Shown: positions 9,819 through 19,381 of the stretch, piece after piece
How the letters are laid out: every line of letters starts with the position of its first letter
Position numbering within the stretch: the stretch's first letter is position 1
Assembly (NCBI GenBank): GCA_945869265.1
Contig: CAMBOI010000007.1
Span: 6,985-70,984 of the forward strand
Origin: an uncultured Prevotella sp.
GTDB taxonomy: Bacteria > Bacteroidota > Bacteroidia > Bacteroidales > Bacteroidaceae
Direction: 5' to 3'
DNA: 64,000 nucleotides
Notes under the pieces: generated by a model
What the model was told of the DNA's origin: nothing
The model's database searches: none
The model's input: only the letters and a program-made list of their open reading frames with translations
Translations under genes and position numbers: made by a program

Positions 9819-10829
9819 AAACTGATTCTCAATGATGTCTGTGAGCACGTCGCTCATCTTGAGTCCCGCAGCCTTCACCTGTTGCGGTATGAAACTCGTG
9901 ACAGTCATACCAGGTGTGGTGTTGATTTCAAGCAAGTGTATCTTGTCAACGGTTTCGCCGTTACTACCCTTGCCCTTGCTAATGATGTAGTCGATACGTA
10001 TGATACCATTACAGTGGAGGATGTCGTAGATGTGACTGGTGAGTTCTGCCACTCTCTTGGCGGTATCCTCACTGAGGCGGGCGGGAGTAATCTCCTGCAC
10101 CTGTCCGTTGTATTTAGCGTCGTAGTCGAAGAATTCGTTGTTGGTGACCACCTCTGTAGCAGGCAGAACCACCGACTTCTCCTTGGTCTTATAGCATCCG
10201 ATTGAAATCTCGGTTCCCTCAAGATATTGCTCCACCATAACATCCGAACTCTCAAGCATTGCCTTGCGGATGGCAGGAGCAAGTTGGTCCTTGTTCTTCA
10301 CCTTTGACACTCCGAAGCTACTGCCGTCGGCAGCGGGTTTGACGAAACAAGGCATACCAATACGTGCCTCAACCTCGTCGTCGCTCACCAACTCCTCATA
10401 GCCCTTGCGTATGAGCAGACTGTCTGCCACGCTCACTCCGTAGCCTCTAAGATACTGGTTGAGCACAAACTTGTCGAATGTCATAGCCTCCACCAGTACA
10501 CCACTTGTGGAGTAGGGTATGCCCACGATGTCGAGATAACCTTGCAGTATTCCGTTCTCTCCCGGTGTGCCGTGGATGGTGATGTATGCATAGTCGAAAT
10601 AAACTGTTTTGTCTTCCTTCTTGAACGTGAAATCGTTGAGGTCGATTTTTGCCGTTGTGCCGTCTCCGAGATCAACGTGCCAGTCAAGTCCCTTGATATC
10701 CACAATATAGATATCATAACGCTCTTTGTCGAAGAAAGAGTATAGCCCCTGAGCGGAGCGCAGCGATACGTCGTGCTCCGAAGAATCGCCACCGCAAATG
10801 ATGGCTACTGTTCTTTTTGTCTGTTCCAT
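9816..10829 (-). CDS. ddl: D-alanine--D-alanine ligase
   Basis: N-terminus VAIICGGDSSEHDVSLRSA, ATP-grasp core, and C-terminal LLEINTTPGMT. Confidence 0.92.
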   Translation of the reverse strand: MEQTKRTVAIICGGDSSEHDVSLRSAQGLYSFFDKERYDIYIVDIKGLDWHVDLGDGTTAKIDLNDFTFKKEDKTVYFDYAYITIHGTPGENGILQGYLDIVGIPYSTSGVLVEAMTFDKFVLNQYLRGYGVSVADSLLIRKGYEELVSDDEVEARIGMPCFVKPAADGSSFGVSKVKNKDQLAPAIRKAMLESSDVMVEQYLEGTEISIGCYKTKEKSVVLPATEVVTNNEFFDYDAKYNGQVQEITPARLSEDTAKRVAELTSHIYDILHCNGIIRIDYIISKGKGSNGETVDKIHLLEINTTPGMTVTSFIPQQVKAAGLKMSDVLTDIIENQF

Positions 10830-10869
10830 AATAATATAATATGTATATGAACTTTAATATTTTAATTCT

Positions 10870-11919
10870 TTAATTTCCATAAGTGGCTTGCCACTTGTAG
10901 ATCAACGCCTCCATGTCGGGTGGCAGTGGCGATGTGAAATCCATCTGCTTGTGGGTCATTGGATGAACGAAACCCAATGTGCGCGCATGTAGAGCCTGTC
11001 GTGGACATAGTTTGAAGGCATTATTCACAAACTGTCTGTAGCTTGCCGTGCGCTCGCCTCTTAGAATTTCTGTGCCTCCATATCTCTCGTCGCTGAAGAG
11101 CGGGTGTCCGATGTGCTTCATGTGAGCCCGTATCTGATGGGTGCGTCCGGTTTCGAGAATGCACTCCACAAGGGTGACATATCCGAATCTCTTCATCACG
11201 CGATAGTGTGTGACGGCACTCTTGCCGATGTCGCTACCCGGTGGGAATACTGCCATGCGGAGCCTGTCCTTGGGGTCGCGACCTATGTTGCCCTCAATGG
11301 TTCCGTTGTCTTCCACAAAGTTGCCCCACACCAATGCATTGTATTGCCTATGAGTGGTTTTGTTGAAGAACTGAGCACCGAGCGATGTCTTCGCGTCGGG
11401 AGTCTTTGCCACAACGAGCAGTCCGCTTGTGTCCTTGTCAATCCTGTGTACTAATCCCACTTGTGGGTCGTTTGGATCGTAGGATGGAATGTCGCGCAGA
11501 TGCCATGCTATGGCGTTCACTAATGTTCCTGTGAAGTTGCCGCAGCCTGGGTGCACTACCATTCCAGCAGGCTTATTGATAACCATCAGGTCGTCGTCCT
11601 CATACACGATGTCAAGCGGAATATCTTCCGGTTCGATGGATGTCTCGAATCGTGGTCGGTCGAGCATGAGTGTTACCACGTCACCTGGTCGCACCTTGTG
11701 GTTGCTCTTTACCGGATGGTCGTTGACGTGTACATATCCAGCATCGGCAGCCTTCTGTATTCGGTTGCGTGACGAGTGTTGCAGTTTCTCACACATGAAC
11801 TTATCCACCCTTGTCGCCACTTGTCCTGGGTCAACCTCAAAGCGGAAGTGTTCGTAGAGTTGCTGTTGTCCCTCGTCAATCTCGTCGTCTATATATTCGT
11901 TGATATTCTCTTCTGCCAT
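10870..11919 (-). CDS. rluD: RluA-family 23S rRNA pseudouridine synthase (RluD-like)
   Basis: S4-like N-terminal region and catalytic motif HRIDKDTSGLLVVAK. Confidence 0.85.
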   Translation of the reverse strand: MAEENINEYIDDEIDEGQQQLYEHFRFEVDPGQVATRVDKFMCEKLQHSSRNRIQKAADAGYVHVNDHPVKSNHKVRPGDVVTLMLDRPRFETSIEPEDIPLDIVYEDDDLMVINKPAGMVVHPGCGNFTGTLVNAIAWHLRDIPSYDPNDPQVGLVHRIDKDTSGLLVVAKTPDAKTSLGAQFFNKTTHRQYNALVWGNFVEDNGTIEGNIGRDPKDRLRMAVFPPGSDIGKSAVTHYRVMKRFGYVTLVECILETGRTHQIRAHMKHIGHPLFSDERYGGTEILRGERTASYRQFVNNAFKLCPRQALHARTLGFVHPMTHKQMDFTSPLPPDMEALIYKWQATYGN

Positions 11920-11936
11920 GTTGTCCTTGCTTTATA

Positions 11937-12590
11937 TTACTCAGGTCCTGTCACCTCTTCGAAGTCGTCAGTTGCCGGTTGGTCGGACGTAAATTCATTA
12001 GGCTCACTCATCTGTGAGTCCGGACCGATGTCTTCATACTCCCCATTGCCAACCATGAGCGAGAGTGGCAAGTCAATAGACACCCTGTCGCCTGCGCTTA
12101 CCCGTCGTCCTCTGCACAATATTCCATACACCCAGTCCTTCTCGCCAGTTACAACCTTTGGTTCAAGCAGTTTGAATCCCAATGCTGTCAGTTTGGCTGT
12201 AGCTTCGCGCACGCTACTGTTGTCGATGATGTCGGGGATAGTCACCGTAGGAGATGAGGGTGAGTTGACCGTCACGTAGATGGTGTGCCCTTTCTTCACG
12301 CTTGTACCCTCTCCCGGACTTTGTGCCAATATACAGTCGGCAGGTAGGCGCTTGTTATATCCCGAGTCGCTCACTACAATGCGCAATCCGTTGCTGTCAA
12401 GCAAGTGAGCTGCGTTGTTGAAGGTCATCCCCGTTAGATTAGGTACAGGCACTCCTTCTCCGTGGTGAGTGTAGATGTCGAGACCGAATTTAACACCCAC
12501 GCACAACAGCACAACCGTCAGGGCCATTGCCAAGAGGTTACCCCATAGATATTTGCTTTTAAACTTACCGAAGAATTCCTTGGTATCCAT
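11937..12590 (-). CDS. PASTA domain-containing membrane protein
   Basis: A single N-terminal TM helix followed by two PASTA-like repeats (VPNLTGMTFNNAAHLL..., IPDIIDNSSVREATAKL...). Confidence 0.7.
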   Translation of the reverse strand: MDTKEFFGKFKSKYLWGNLLAMALTVVLLCVGVKFGLDIYTHHGEGVPVPNLTGMTFNNAAHLLDSNGLRIVVSDSGYNKRLPADCILAQSPGEGTSVKKGHTIYVTVNSPSSPTVTIPDIIDNSSVREATAKLTALGFKLLEPKVVTGEKDWVYGILCRGRRVSAGDRVSIDLPLSLMVGNGEYEDIGPDSQMSEPNEFTSDQPATDDFEEVTGPE

Positions 12591-12606
12591 CTGTCGTATT
12601 ATGTAA

Positions 12607-13830
12607 TTAATTGTGCAAAGATTCTTTTAGAACGATGTTGGTGGCACCAGCCTTGCTCTTCACATATTCTCCAGCCTTGTTGCCGCATTGTCTTAGCCAT
12701 TCGGGGTCGCTCATAAACCGCAGCATTGCAGTGGCAAATGAGTCGTAGTCGGTAATCTCGACACCACCTCCCGAGGCGAGTAGTTGCTGAGCCTCCTGGA
12801 ATCGCTTGTTGTTGGGGCCGAAAAAGACAGGTACGTTCCATACCGCAGCTTCAAGCACGTTGTGTATGCCGACGCCAAATCCTCCGCCCACGTATGCCAC
12901 CTCCCCATAGTGATAGATGCTCGACAGCAGACCGAAACAATCGATTATCAGGCATTGCGCCTCGGCTGCCGTTTCGGTGGTCGCCTCAGTGTAGCGCACC
13001 GTCTTGCGGTTGAGTTTCGACAGTATCTGTTGCAGGTGGTCGTTGCCAATAACATGTGGGGCGATGATTAATTTCCATTCTGGGTGTTCGTTGAAGAACC
13101 TAATAAATATATCCTCGTCGGGCGACCAACTGCTTCCTGCCACGAACACATGATGGTCTTGCTTAAAGGCCTCCACAATCGGCAGATGCTTGGATTGCTC
13201 CATTATCTGCAGAACGCGATCGAATCGGGTGTCACCGCTTATGGTAACGTCGGTGATACCAATCTTGGCAAGTAATTCCTTGCTCTGTTCGTTCTGCACG
13301 AAGAAATGCGTTATGCAATGCAATACTCCGGCATATTTCTTGGCATACCATTTGAAGAATATCTGGTCGGGACGGAATATCGACGACACACTGTAGGCGG
13401 GCACATGGCGGTATTTAAGTATGTGGAGGTAGTTATACCAAAATTCATACTTGATGAAATATGCCATCACAGGGCGTACCAACCTCAGAAACCTTATGGC
13501 ATTGATAGGTGTGTCGAGAGGCAGGTAGCAGATGATGTCGGCGCCTTCATAATTCTTGCGCACCTCATAGCCCGAAGGCGAGAAGAAGGTGAGAAGAATC
13601 TTATACTCAGGATGCTCGCGTCGCAAGCGTTCCATAATCGGTCTGCCTTGCTCGAATTCGCCGAGTGATGCAGCGTGAAACCACACATATCTTGCTTCGG
13701 GGTCAACCTTCTGCTTGAGCACGTTGAATGCAGCACGCTCGCCGCGCCACATCTTGCGCACCTTCTCGTTGAACAGGCTTGCTATTGCCACGCCCAAGAG
13801 ATAGAAATGTATCGCGATGTTGTAAAGCAT
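12607..13830 (-). CDS. waaA: 3-deoxy-D-manno-octulosonic acid (Kdo) transferase
   Basis: WFHAASLGEFEQGRP motif and a glycosyltransferase C-terminal half (VGGGFG..HN.LEAA). Confidence 0.85.
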   Translation of the reverse strand: MLYNIAIHFYLLGVAIASLFNEKVRKMWRGERAAFNVLKQKVDPEARYVWFHAASLGEFEQGRPIMERLRREHPEYKILLTFFSPSGYEVRKNYEGADIICYLPLDTPINAIRFLRLVRPVMAYFIKYEFWYNYLHILKYRHVPAYSVSSIFRPDQIFFKWYAKKYAGVLHCITHFFVQNEQSKELLAKIGITDVTISGDTRFDRVLQIMEQSKHLPIVEAFKQDHHVFVAGSSWSPDEDIFIRFFNEHPEWKLIIAPHVIGNDHLQQILSKLNRKTVRYTEATTETAAEAQCLIIDCFGLLSSIYHYGEVAYVGGGFGVGIHNVLEAAVWNVPVFFGPNNKRFQEAQQLLASGGGVEITDYDSFATAMLRFMSDPEWLRQCGNKAGEYVKSKAGATNIVLKESLHN

Positions 13831-13859
13831 TATCTTTCTTGATGTGCTACGTTTGTCTT

Positions 13860-15377
13860 TTAGCCCAATACCTCAATAGCCCGCTTCATGCGGCCGAGGG
13901 TCTCCTGCTTTCCGAGGAATGCCGAGATGTCGAACATACCAGGACCCTTGCCCTCGCCAACGAGAGTGAGTCGCCAGGCATTCATGATATTGCCGAGTTT
14001 GTATCCCTTCTGCTCAATCCACTGGTGTACAATGCCCTCCTGGCCTTCTACCGAGAAGTCGTCAATGCCTTCGAGCACTTGCATAAGCTCAGTGAGTTGT
14101 TGTGCAGAGTCTTCCTTCCAACGCTTTTTGCGCGTTTTTTCGTCATATTCGGTGGGAGCAACGAAGAAGAACTTGCACAGAGGCCATAGCTCCTTGACGA
14201 AGTTCACACGGTCCTTCATCATCTCCACCACCTTGGTGATACGCTCCATCGACTCGTCAACACCATTCTCTGCCACTATAGGTGCGAATATCTCAGCAAT
14301 CTCGGCGGCACTCTTGGCAAGGATATATTCGTGGTTGAACCATATACCCTTTTGATAGTCGAATCTCGCTCCCGCCTTGCTGCACTTGGTTATGTCAAAC
14401 AGTTCAGCCAGTTCGTCAATAGAGTACATCTCCCTCTCAGTTCCGGGATTCCAGCCCAAGAACGCAAGGAAGTTGATTACCGCCTCGGGGAAATATCCGC
14501 TTTCGCGATAGCCCGACGACACCTCGCCCGTCTTCGGGTCGTGCCATTCGAGCGGGAAAACAGGGAATCCTAACCTGTCGCCGTCGCGCTTGCTCAACTT
14601 ACCCTTGCCTTCCGGTTTGAGAAGCAGAGGCAGATGGGCGAATCGCGGCATGGTGTCCTCCCAACCGAAAGCCTGATAGAGCAGTACGTGCAACGGTGCG
14701 CTCGGCAACCACTCCTCACCGCGTATCACGTGAGTAATTTCCATCAAGTGGTCATCCACGATGTTGGCGAGATGGTAAGTAGGCAATTGGTCGGCGCTTT
14801 TGTATAACACCTTGTCGTCGAGAATGTCGCTCATGATGCGCACATCGCCGCGAATGAGGTCATCCACGTGCACAGCCACTCCCGGTTCTATCTTGAATCG
14901 CACCACATACTGGTTGCCCTCAGCTATAAGTCGTTCAACCTCCTCCTTGGGAAGAGTGAGCGAGTTGCGCATCATCATGCGTGTGCGTGCATCATACTGG
15001 AAATTCTGTATCTCACTGCGCTTGGCCTCCAGTTCCTCGGGAGTGTCGAATGCTATATACGCCTTGCCGGCATTGAGCAGCTGGTCCACATATTTCTTGT
15101 AGATGTCGCGACGTTCGCTCTGTCGGTAAGGCCCGTAGTTGCCTCCAAAGGATACCCCCTCGTCAAACTTTATACCGAGCCATTTGAACGATTCTATGAT
15201 ATACTCCTCGGCTCCGGGCACAAACCTGGTAGAGTCTGTGTCCTCGATTCTAAACACCAGTTCGCCCCCATGCTGGCGGGCAAACAAATAGTTGTAGAGG
15301 GCAGTCCTGACGCCTCCGATATGCAATGCCCCTGTGGGGCTTGGTGCGAATCGCACCCTTACTTTTCTTTCTGTCAT
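13860..15377 (-). CDS. gltX: glutamate--tRNA ligase
   Basis: [22 protein letters not shown] (HIGH-type) and GKLSKR (KMSKS-type). Start moved from 15446 to ATG 15377. A -7 box TActTTTG lies on the minus strand at 15404-15411. Confidence 0.93.
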   Translation of the reverse strand: MTERKVRVRFAPSPTGALHIGGVRTALYNYLFARQHGGELVFRIEDTDSTRFVPGAEEYIIESFKWLGIKFDEGVSFGGNYGPYRQSERRDIYKKYVDQLLNAGKAYIAFDTPEELEAKRSEIQNFQYDARTRMMMRNSLTLPKEEVERLIAEGNQYVVRFKIEPGVAVHVDDLIRGDVRIMSDILDDKVLYKSADQLPTYHLANIVDDHLMEITHVIRGEEWLPSAPLHVLLYQAFGWEDTMPRFAHLPLLLKPEGKGKLSKRDGDRLGFPVFPLEWHDPKTGEVSSGYRESGYFPEAVINFLAFLGWNPGTEREMYSIDELAELFDITKCSKAGARFDYQKGIWFNHEYILAKSAAEIAEIFAPIVAENGVDESMERITKVVEMMKDRVNFVKELWPLCKFFFVAPTEYDEKTRKKRWKEDSAQQLTELMQVLEGIDDFSVEGQEGIVHQWIEQKGYKLGNIMNAWRLTLVGEGKGPGMFDISAFLGKQETLGRMKRAIEVLG

Positions 15378-15514
15378 AATGACCAAATCATCTAATATTT
15401 GTGCAAAAGTACAAATAATTTTTGATTTATCAGCCATTTTTCTCAATTATTCTTTGTCAATTCGATTTTTTTTTGCATTTTTGCACTGTCAAAACAATTA
15501 AAAGGACAAAAAAG

Positions 15515-17599
15515 ATGAGTTTATCCGTATTGAAAGACAATTTCTCATGGCGTGACCTCTTTGTTAAAATAGGTATCACAGTGCTCACCGTTGGCATCAT
15601 CTGCTGGATGATGCCGAGAGACAGCCGCAGCCATTTCAGGTGTGAACAAGGTAAACCTTGGAAGCTATCCGACCTCACTGCCCCTTTCGACTTCCCCGTC
15701 TATAAATCCGACGCGACAATGAAGATGGAGAGGGATAGCATCATGCAGGCATACGAACCATATTATAATTATAATAAGGAGATGGAAGCCGTGAATGTCA
15801 GTAAGTTCGTTTCTGATTACTCCGAAGGTATCCCCGGTGTGCCCGACGACTATATCAGCATGATTGCCAACCGGCTTCACCGCCTCTACCAAAGAGGAAT
15901 AATTGGCACAGCCGACCTTGCGAGAATGGACAATGACACCATGCGCACCATACTGCTTGTCAATGGCAAGAATGCCGTGCCCATCGAACTTAGGCAGTTG
16001 CTTTCCACCAAGGCTGCCTATGAACAGCTTTTCCTCGACAAATCTATGGATGCCTTTAGGCCTGCCCTCCAGAAGTGCAATCTCAACGAGTATATACAGG
16101 CCAATGTCGTGTATGACAAGCAGCGAAGCGAGTCAACTCTTGAGGATATGCTTGCCAGTGTGCCGTTGGCTATGGGGGTAGTACAGAAGGGTCAGAAGAT
16201 TATCGACCGTGGCGACATTGTGGATGAATACACCTACAGGATTATCGACTCTCTGCAGAAGGAGAACGAGAGGCGCAACAGCAACGAGATGCAGATTAGG
16301 CTTACTGTTATGGGACAGGCACTCTATGTATCGATGCTGATAATCTTCCTCACGGTGTATATCTCGCTTTTCCGTAGGGACTATTTCGAGAAACCGCGAA
16401 GCGTGGCGATGCTCTACACTCTCATCATCCTTTTCACGGGAATCACAGCCTTGCTTGTTCACAACACCATTGGTCATGTCTATATCGTGCCCTATGCCAT
16501 GGTGCCTATCTTCGTACGTGTGTTTATGGACTCGCGCACTGCCTTCTATTCCCATATCATCATGGTGTTGGTATGTGCATGCATGCTCCAACATCCCTTT
16601 GAGTTTATCATAATCGAGACGATGTCAGGACTTGCAGCCATCTATTCACTCCGTGAATTGCAATACCGTTCGCAGCTCTTTAAGACAGCGTTTGTAGTGA
16701 CTTTTGTGGCGATTACCATGAACTTTTCCTACGATCTCATAAGGTTGTCGGCATTGGAAGAACTCGATCATAGTACCTACAACTATCTCGTTGTCAATGG
16801 AATGTTGCTCCTCTTTGCCTATCCTTTGCTGTATATCATTGAAAAGACGTTCGGTTTTACTTCCGACATTTCCCTCATCGAACTGTCAAACACCAACAAC
16901 CCCTTGCTTCGCCGAATGAGCGAAGTGGCTCCCGGCACTTTCCAACATTCCATTCAGGTGGGCAACTTGGCTGCCGAGATAGCCAATAAGATTGGTGCCA
17001 AGAGTCAGCTCGTGCGCACCGGTGCGTTATATCACGACATCGGCAAGATGCTCAATCCCGTGTATTTCACCGAGAATCAGTCGGGAGTGAGTCCTCACGA
17101 CAATCTTTCCGAGATAGAGAGCGCTTCGATGATTATCAGCCATGTCACCGAGGGACAGAAGATGGCAGAGAGATATAATCTCCCGAGTGTCATACGCGAC
17201 TTCATCTCAACCCATCACGGACAGGGCAAGACAAAGTATTTTTATATCAAATACAAGAACGAGCATCCTGATGAGGACGTGGATGAGTTGCTTTTCACTT
17301 ATCCTGGACCGAATCCGTTCACCCGCGAACAGGCCATACTCATGATGGCCGACTCTGTTGAGGCCACATCGCGCTCGCTCAAGGAATATTCCGAGGCAAG
17401 CATACGCGATATGGTGAATACACTAATCGATGGTATGGTGGCTGACGGATTCTTCCGCGAGTGTCCTATCACTTTCCGCGACATCACATATTCCAAGACG
17501 GTGCTCATCGAAAAGCTCAAGACAATCTATCACACCCGCATCAGTTATCCCACGCTCAATGGCTCTTCTGAAGGGAATCCAGAGGAGATTAAAGGTTAA
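15515..17599 (+). CDS. 7TM-receptor-type membrane HD/HDIG phosphohydrolase (PgpH/YqfF-like)
   Basis: A central block of about 7 hydrophobic helices and a C-terminal HD domain (ALYHDIGK, ISTHHGQG). Start set to ATG 15515 (MSLSVLKD). Confidence 0.85.
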   Translation: MSLSVLKDNFSWRDLFVKIGITVLTVGIICWMMPRDSRSHFRCEQGKPWKLSDLTAPFDFPVYKSDATMKMERDSIMQAYEPYYNYNKEMEAVNVSKFVSDYSEGIPGVPDDYISMIANRLHRLYQRGIIGTADLARMDNDTMRTILLVNGKNAVPIELRQLLSTKAAYEQLFLDKSMDAFRPALQKCNLNEYIQANVVYDKQRSESTLEDMLASVPLAMGVVQKGQKIIDRGDIVDEYTYRIIDSLQKENERRNSNEMQIRLTVMGQALYVSMLIIFLTVYISLFRRDYFEKPRSVAMLYTLIILFTGITALLVHNTIGHVYIVPYAMVPIFVRVFMDSRTAFYSHIIMVLVCACMLQHPFEFIIIETMSGLAAIYSLRELQYRSQLFKTAFVVTFVAITMNFSYDLIRLSALEELDHSTYNYLVVNGMLLLFAYPLLYIIEKTFGFTSDISLIELSNTNNPLLRRMSEVAPGTFQHSIQVGNLAAEIANKIGAKSQLVRTGALYHDIGKMLNPVYFTENQSGVSPHDNLSEIESASMIISHVTEGQKMAERYNLPSVIRDFISTHHGQGKTKYFYIKYKNEHPDEDVDELLFTYPGPNPFTREQAILMMADSVEATSRSLKEYSEASIRDMVNTLIDGMVADGFFRECPITFRDITYSKTVLIEKLKTIYHTRISYPTLNGSSEGNPEEIKG

Positions 17600-17648
17600 T
17601 TAAATATAATTATATAGGTATTTCTAAGGAAATTCCGAACAATTTTAT

Positions 17649-17656
17649 TACCTTTG
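17649..17656 (+). promoter_or_regulatory. -7 promoter box TAccTTTG
   Basis: ttattaCCTTTGcgg lies 29 nt upstream of ATG 17685. Confidence 0.5.
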
Positions 17657-17684
17657 CGGCGAATTTTTGAAAATAATTGTTTAA

Positions 17685-19199
17685 ATGAAGAAGATTAGAT
17701 TGTTCTGCCTCTCAGTGATGACGGCAGTTAGCGCGATGAATGTTTGGGCAGGAGGACTGCTTACAAACACCAATCAAAGTATTGAGTTCTTGAGAAATCC
17801 GGCACGTGATGCAGCCATCGGTATAGATGGTGTGTATAGCAATCCCGCGGGCGTTGTGTTCCTCGGCGAGGGTATCCACTTGTCGCTCAATCTACAGAAT
17901 GCCCACCAGACTCGTACTGTTGAGACTGGTTTTCCTCTCTTTGTAAATAACGTAAATTCCAATGGCCAGGCACTCCACAAATTCGAGGGTAATGCTGATG
18001 TTCCTATTTTACCATCACTTCAAGTAGCATACAACAAGGGCAAGTGGAGCTATCAGTTTAACTTCGCCATCACTGGCGGCGGTGGCAAGTGTGAGTTTCC
18101 TTATGGCCTTGGCTCATTCGAGCAGGTTGTTGGCTCGCTCACCACAGTGGCTCCCCAAATCAATACGCTTTATCAGGCTCTTGGAGCAGCTGGCATTCCT
18201 GGAATGAGTGATCATGCCATGGGAAGCAAATATGGTTTTGATGCCTACATGCGCGGTCGCCAATATTACTATGGTTTCACTCTCGGAGCTGCCTATAAGC
18301 TCACAGAAAACCTGTCGGTTTATGGAGGATTGAGAATGCTCTATGGTTCGGCCAACTATTATGGCTATGTCAAGAATATCAATATCGAGCATATCAATGC
18401 AGGACAGTCGCAGATGGTAAATGCCTCTCAGCATTTCACTGAATTGTCGGCCACTCTCAACAAATATGCTGGTATGATGGAGCAGATGGGCAATGCCGAA
18501 GCCGCTCAACAGCTTTCAGGTGCCGCCATGCAGACTACAACCCTCGGCGTAGCCACTCAGGACATAGAACTCAACTGCGACCAGACAGGTTGGGGTGTGG
18601 CTCCCATTATAGGTATCGACTACAAGACTGGGAAGTTTAATTTTGCTGCCAAATATGAGTTTAAGACTCGTATGAGACTTAAGAACAAGTCAGCCAATAG
18701 TCTTAGTGCCGAGAGTATATCAATGCTTCACAAGTTTGCCGATGGAGGTAGTGTAGCCGAGGATTCTCCCGCCTTGCTCACCGTCGGTGCTCAGTATGAG
18801 ATATTGCCATCACTGCGCGTGATGGCAGGTTGGCATCACTATTTCGACCAGGACACCAAGCAGTGGACAAAGGAGATGCTCGACGATTCTAACGAGTATC
18901 TTTTCGGTGCCGAGTGGGACATCAACAAGATAGTCACCGTAAGTGCCGGTGGCCAGCGCACCAAGTATGGCATGAAGGATGCAGTCATGAACGACATCTC
19001 CTTCAACGTCAGCTCATATTCTTTCGGATTTGGAGTGGGAGTGAACGTAACAGAGAAGGTTAAGATCAATGCGGCATATTTCCAGACCCTCTACGACGAC
19101 TACAATAAGACAGAAAAGATTACAGAAGGAGTGAATGTCACCAATTGCTTCACCCGCACCAATCGTGTCATCGGTCTTGGCGTGAATTTCACATTGTAA
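17685..19199 (+). CDS. FadL/TodX/OMPP1-family outer-membrane hydrophobic-compound channel
   Basis: Signal peptide, then GGLLTNTNQSIEFLRNPARDAAIGIDGVYSNPAG, typical of the FadL-family N-terminal hatch. Beta-barrel pattern ending ...GLGVNFTL. Confidence 0.8.
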   Translation: MKKIRLFCLSVMTAVSAMNVWAGGLLTNTNQSIEFLRNPARDAAIGIDGVYSNPAGVVFLGEGIHLSLNLQNAHQTRTVETGFPLFVNNVNSNGQALHKFEGNADVPILPSLQVAYNKGKWSYQFNFAITGGGGKCEFPYGLGSFEQVVGSLTTVAPQINTLYQALGAAGIPGMSDHAMGSKYGFDAYMRGRQYYYGFTLGAAYKLTENLSVYGGLRMLYGSANYYGYVKNINIEHINAGQSQMVNASQHFTELSATLNKYAGMMEQMGNAEAAQQLSGAAMQTTTLGVATQDIELNCDQTGWGVAPIIGIDYKTGKFNFAAKYEFKTRMRLKNKSANSLSAESISMLHKFADGGSVAEDSPALLTVGAQYEILPSLRVMAGWHHYFDQDTKQWTKEMLDDSNEYLFGAEWDINKIVTVSAGGQRTKYGMKDAVMNDISFNVSSYSFGFGVGVNVTEKVKINAAYFQTLYDDYNKTEKITEGVNVTNCFTRTNRVIGLGVNFTL

Positions 19200-19226
19200 G
19201 ATTAATATTATACAACATGCCTTTTG

Positions 19227-19264
19227 AAATCCTCTCTGACAGTGATGTCGGAGAGGATTTTTTT
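19227..19264 (+). terminator. rho-independent terminator
   Basis: aaatcctctc (19227-19236) and gagaggattt (19251-19260) form a perfect 10-bp stem followed by TTTT. Confidence 0.75.
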
Positions 19265-19327
19265 GCCCTCAAAAGTAAAAAACTGCTAAATATATGCCAT
19301 AAAATTTGGAGATTACCCATTTTTTTC

Positions 19328-19335
19328 CTACTTTT
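19328..19335 (+). promoter_or_regulatory. -7 promoter box TActTTTG
   Basis: cctACTTTTGcat lies 46 nt upstream of ATG 19382. Confidence 0.45.
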
Positions 19336-19381
19336 GCATATAAATAACTTGTCAAAGACAAAACAATTATATAAAACGCTT

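Noticed and set aside
15422-19381. N-terminal extensions in the ORF track for the HD hydrolase (15422), the kinase-like gene (19145) and others (gltX 15446, porin 33519, LytTR1 34702, DJ-1/VOC 40864, acyltransferase 42458, DUF1593 45273, AstE1 59374, ATPase 62470).
   Set aside because: The extensions run through promoter boxes, terminators or upstream genes and encode non-protein-like sequence. Internal ATGs placed 8-50 nt after TAnnTTTG boxes give canonical N-termini or signal peptides.
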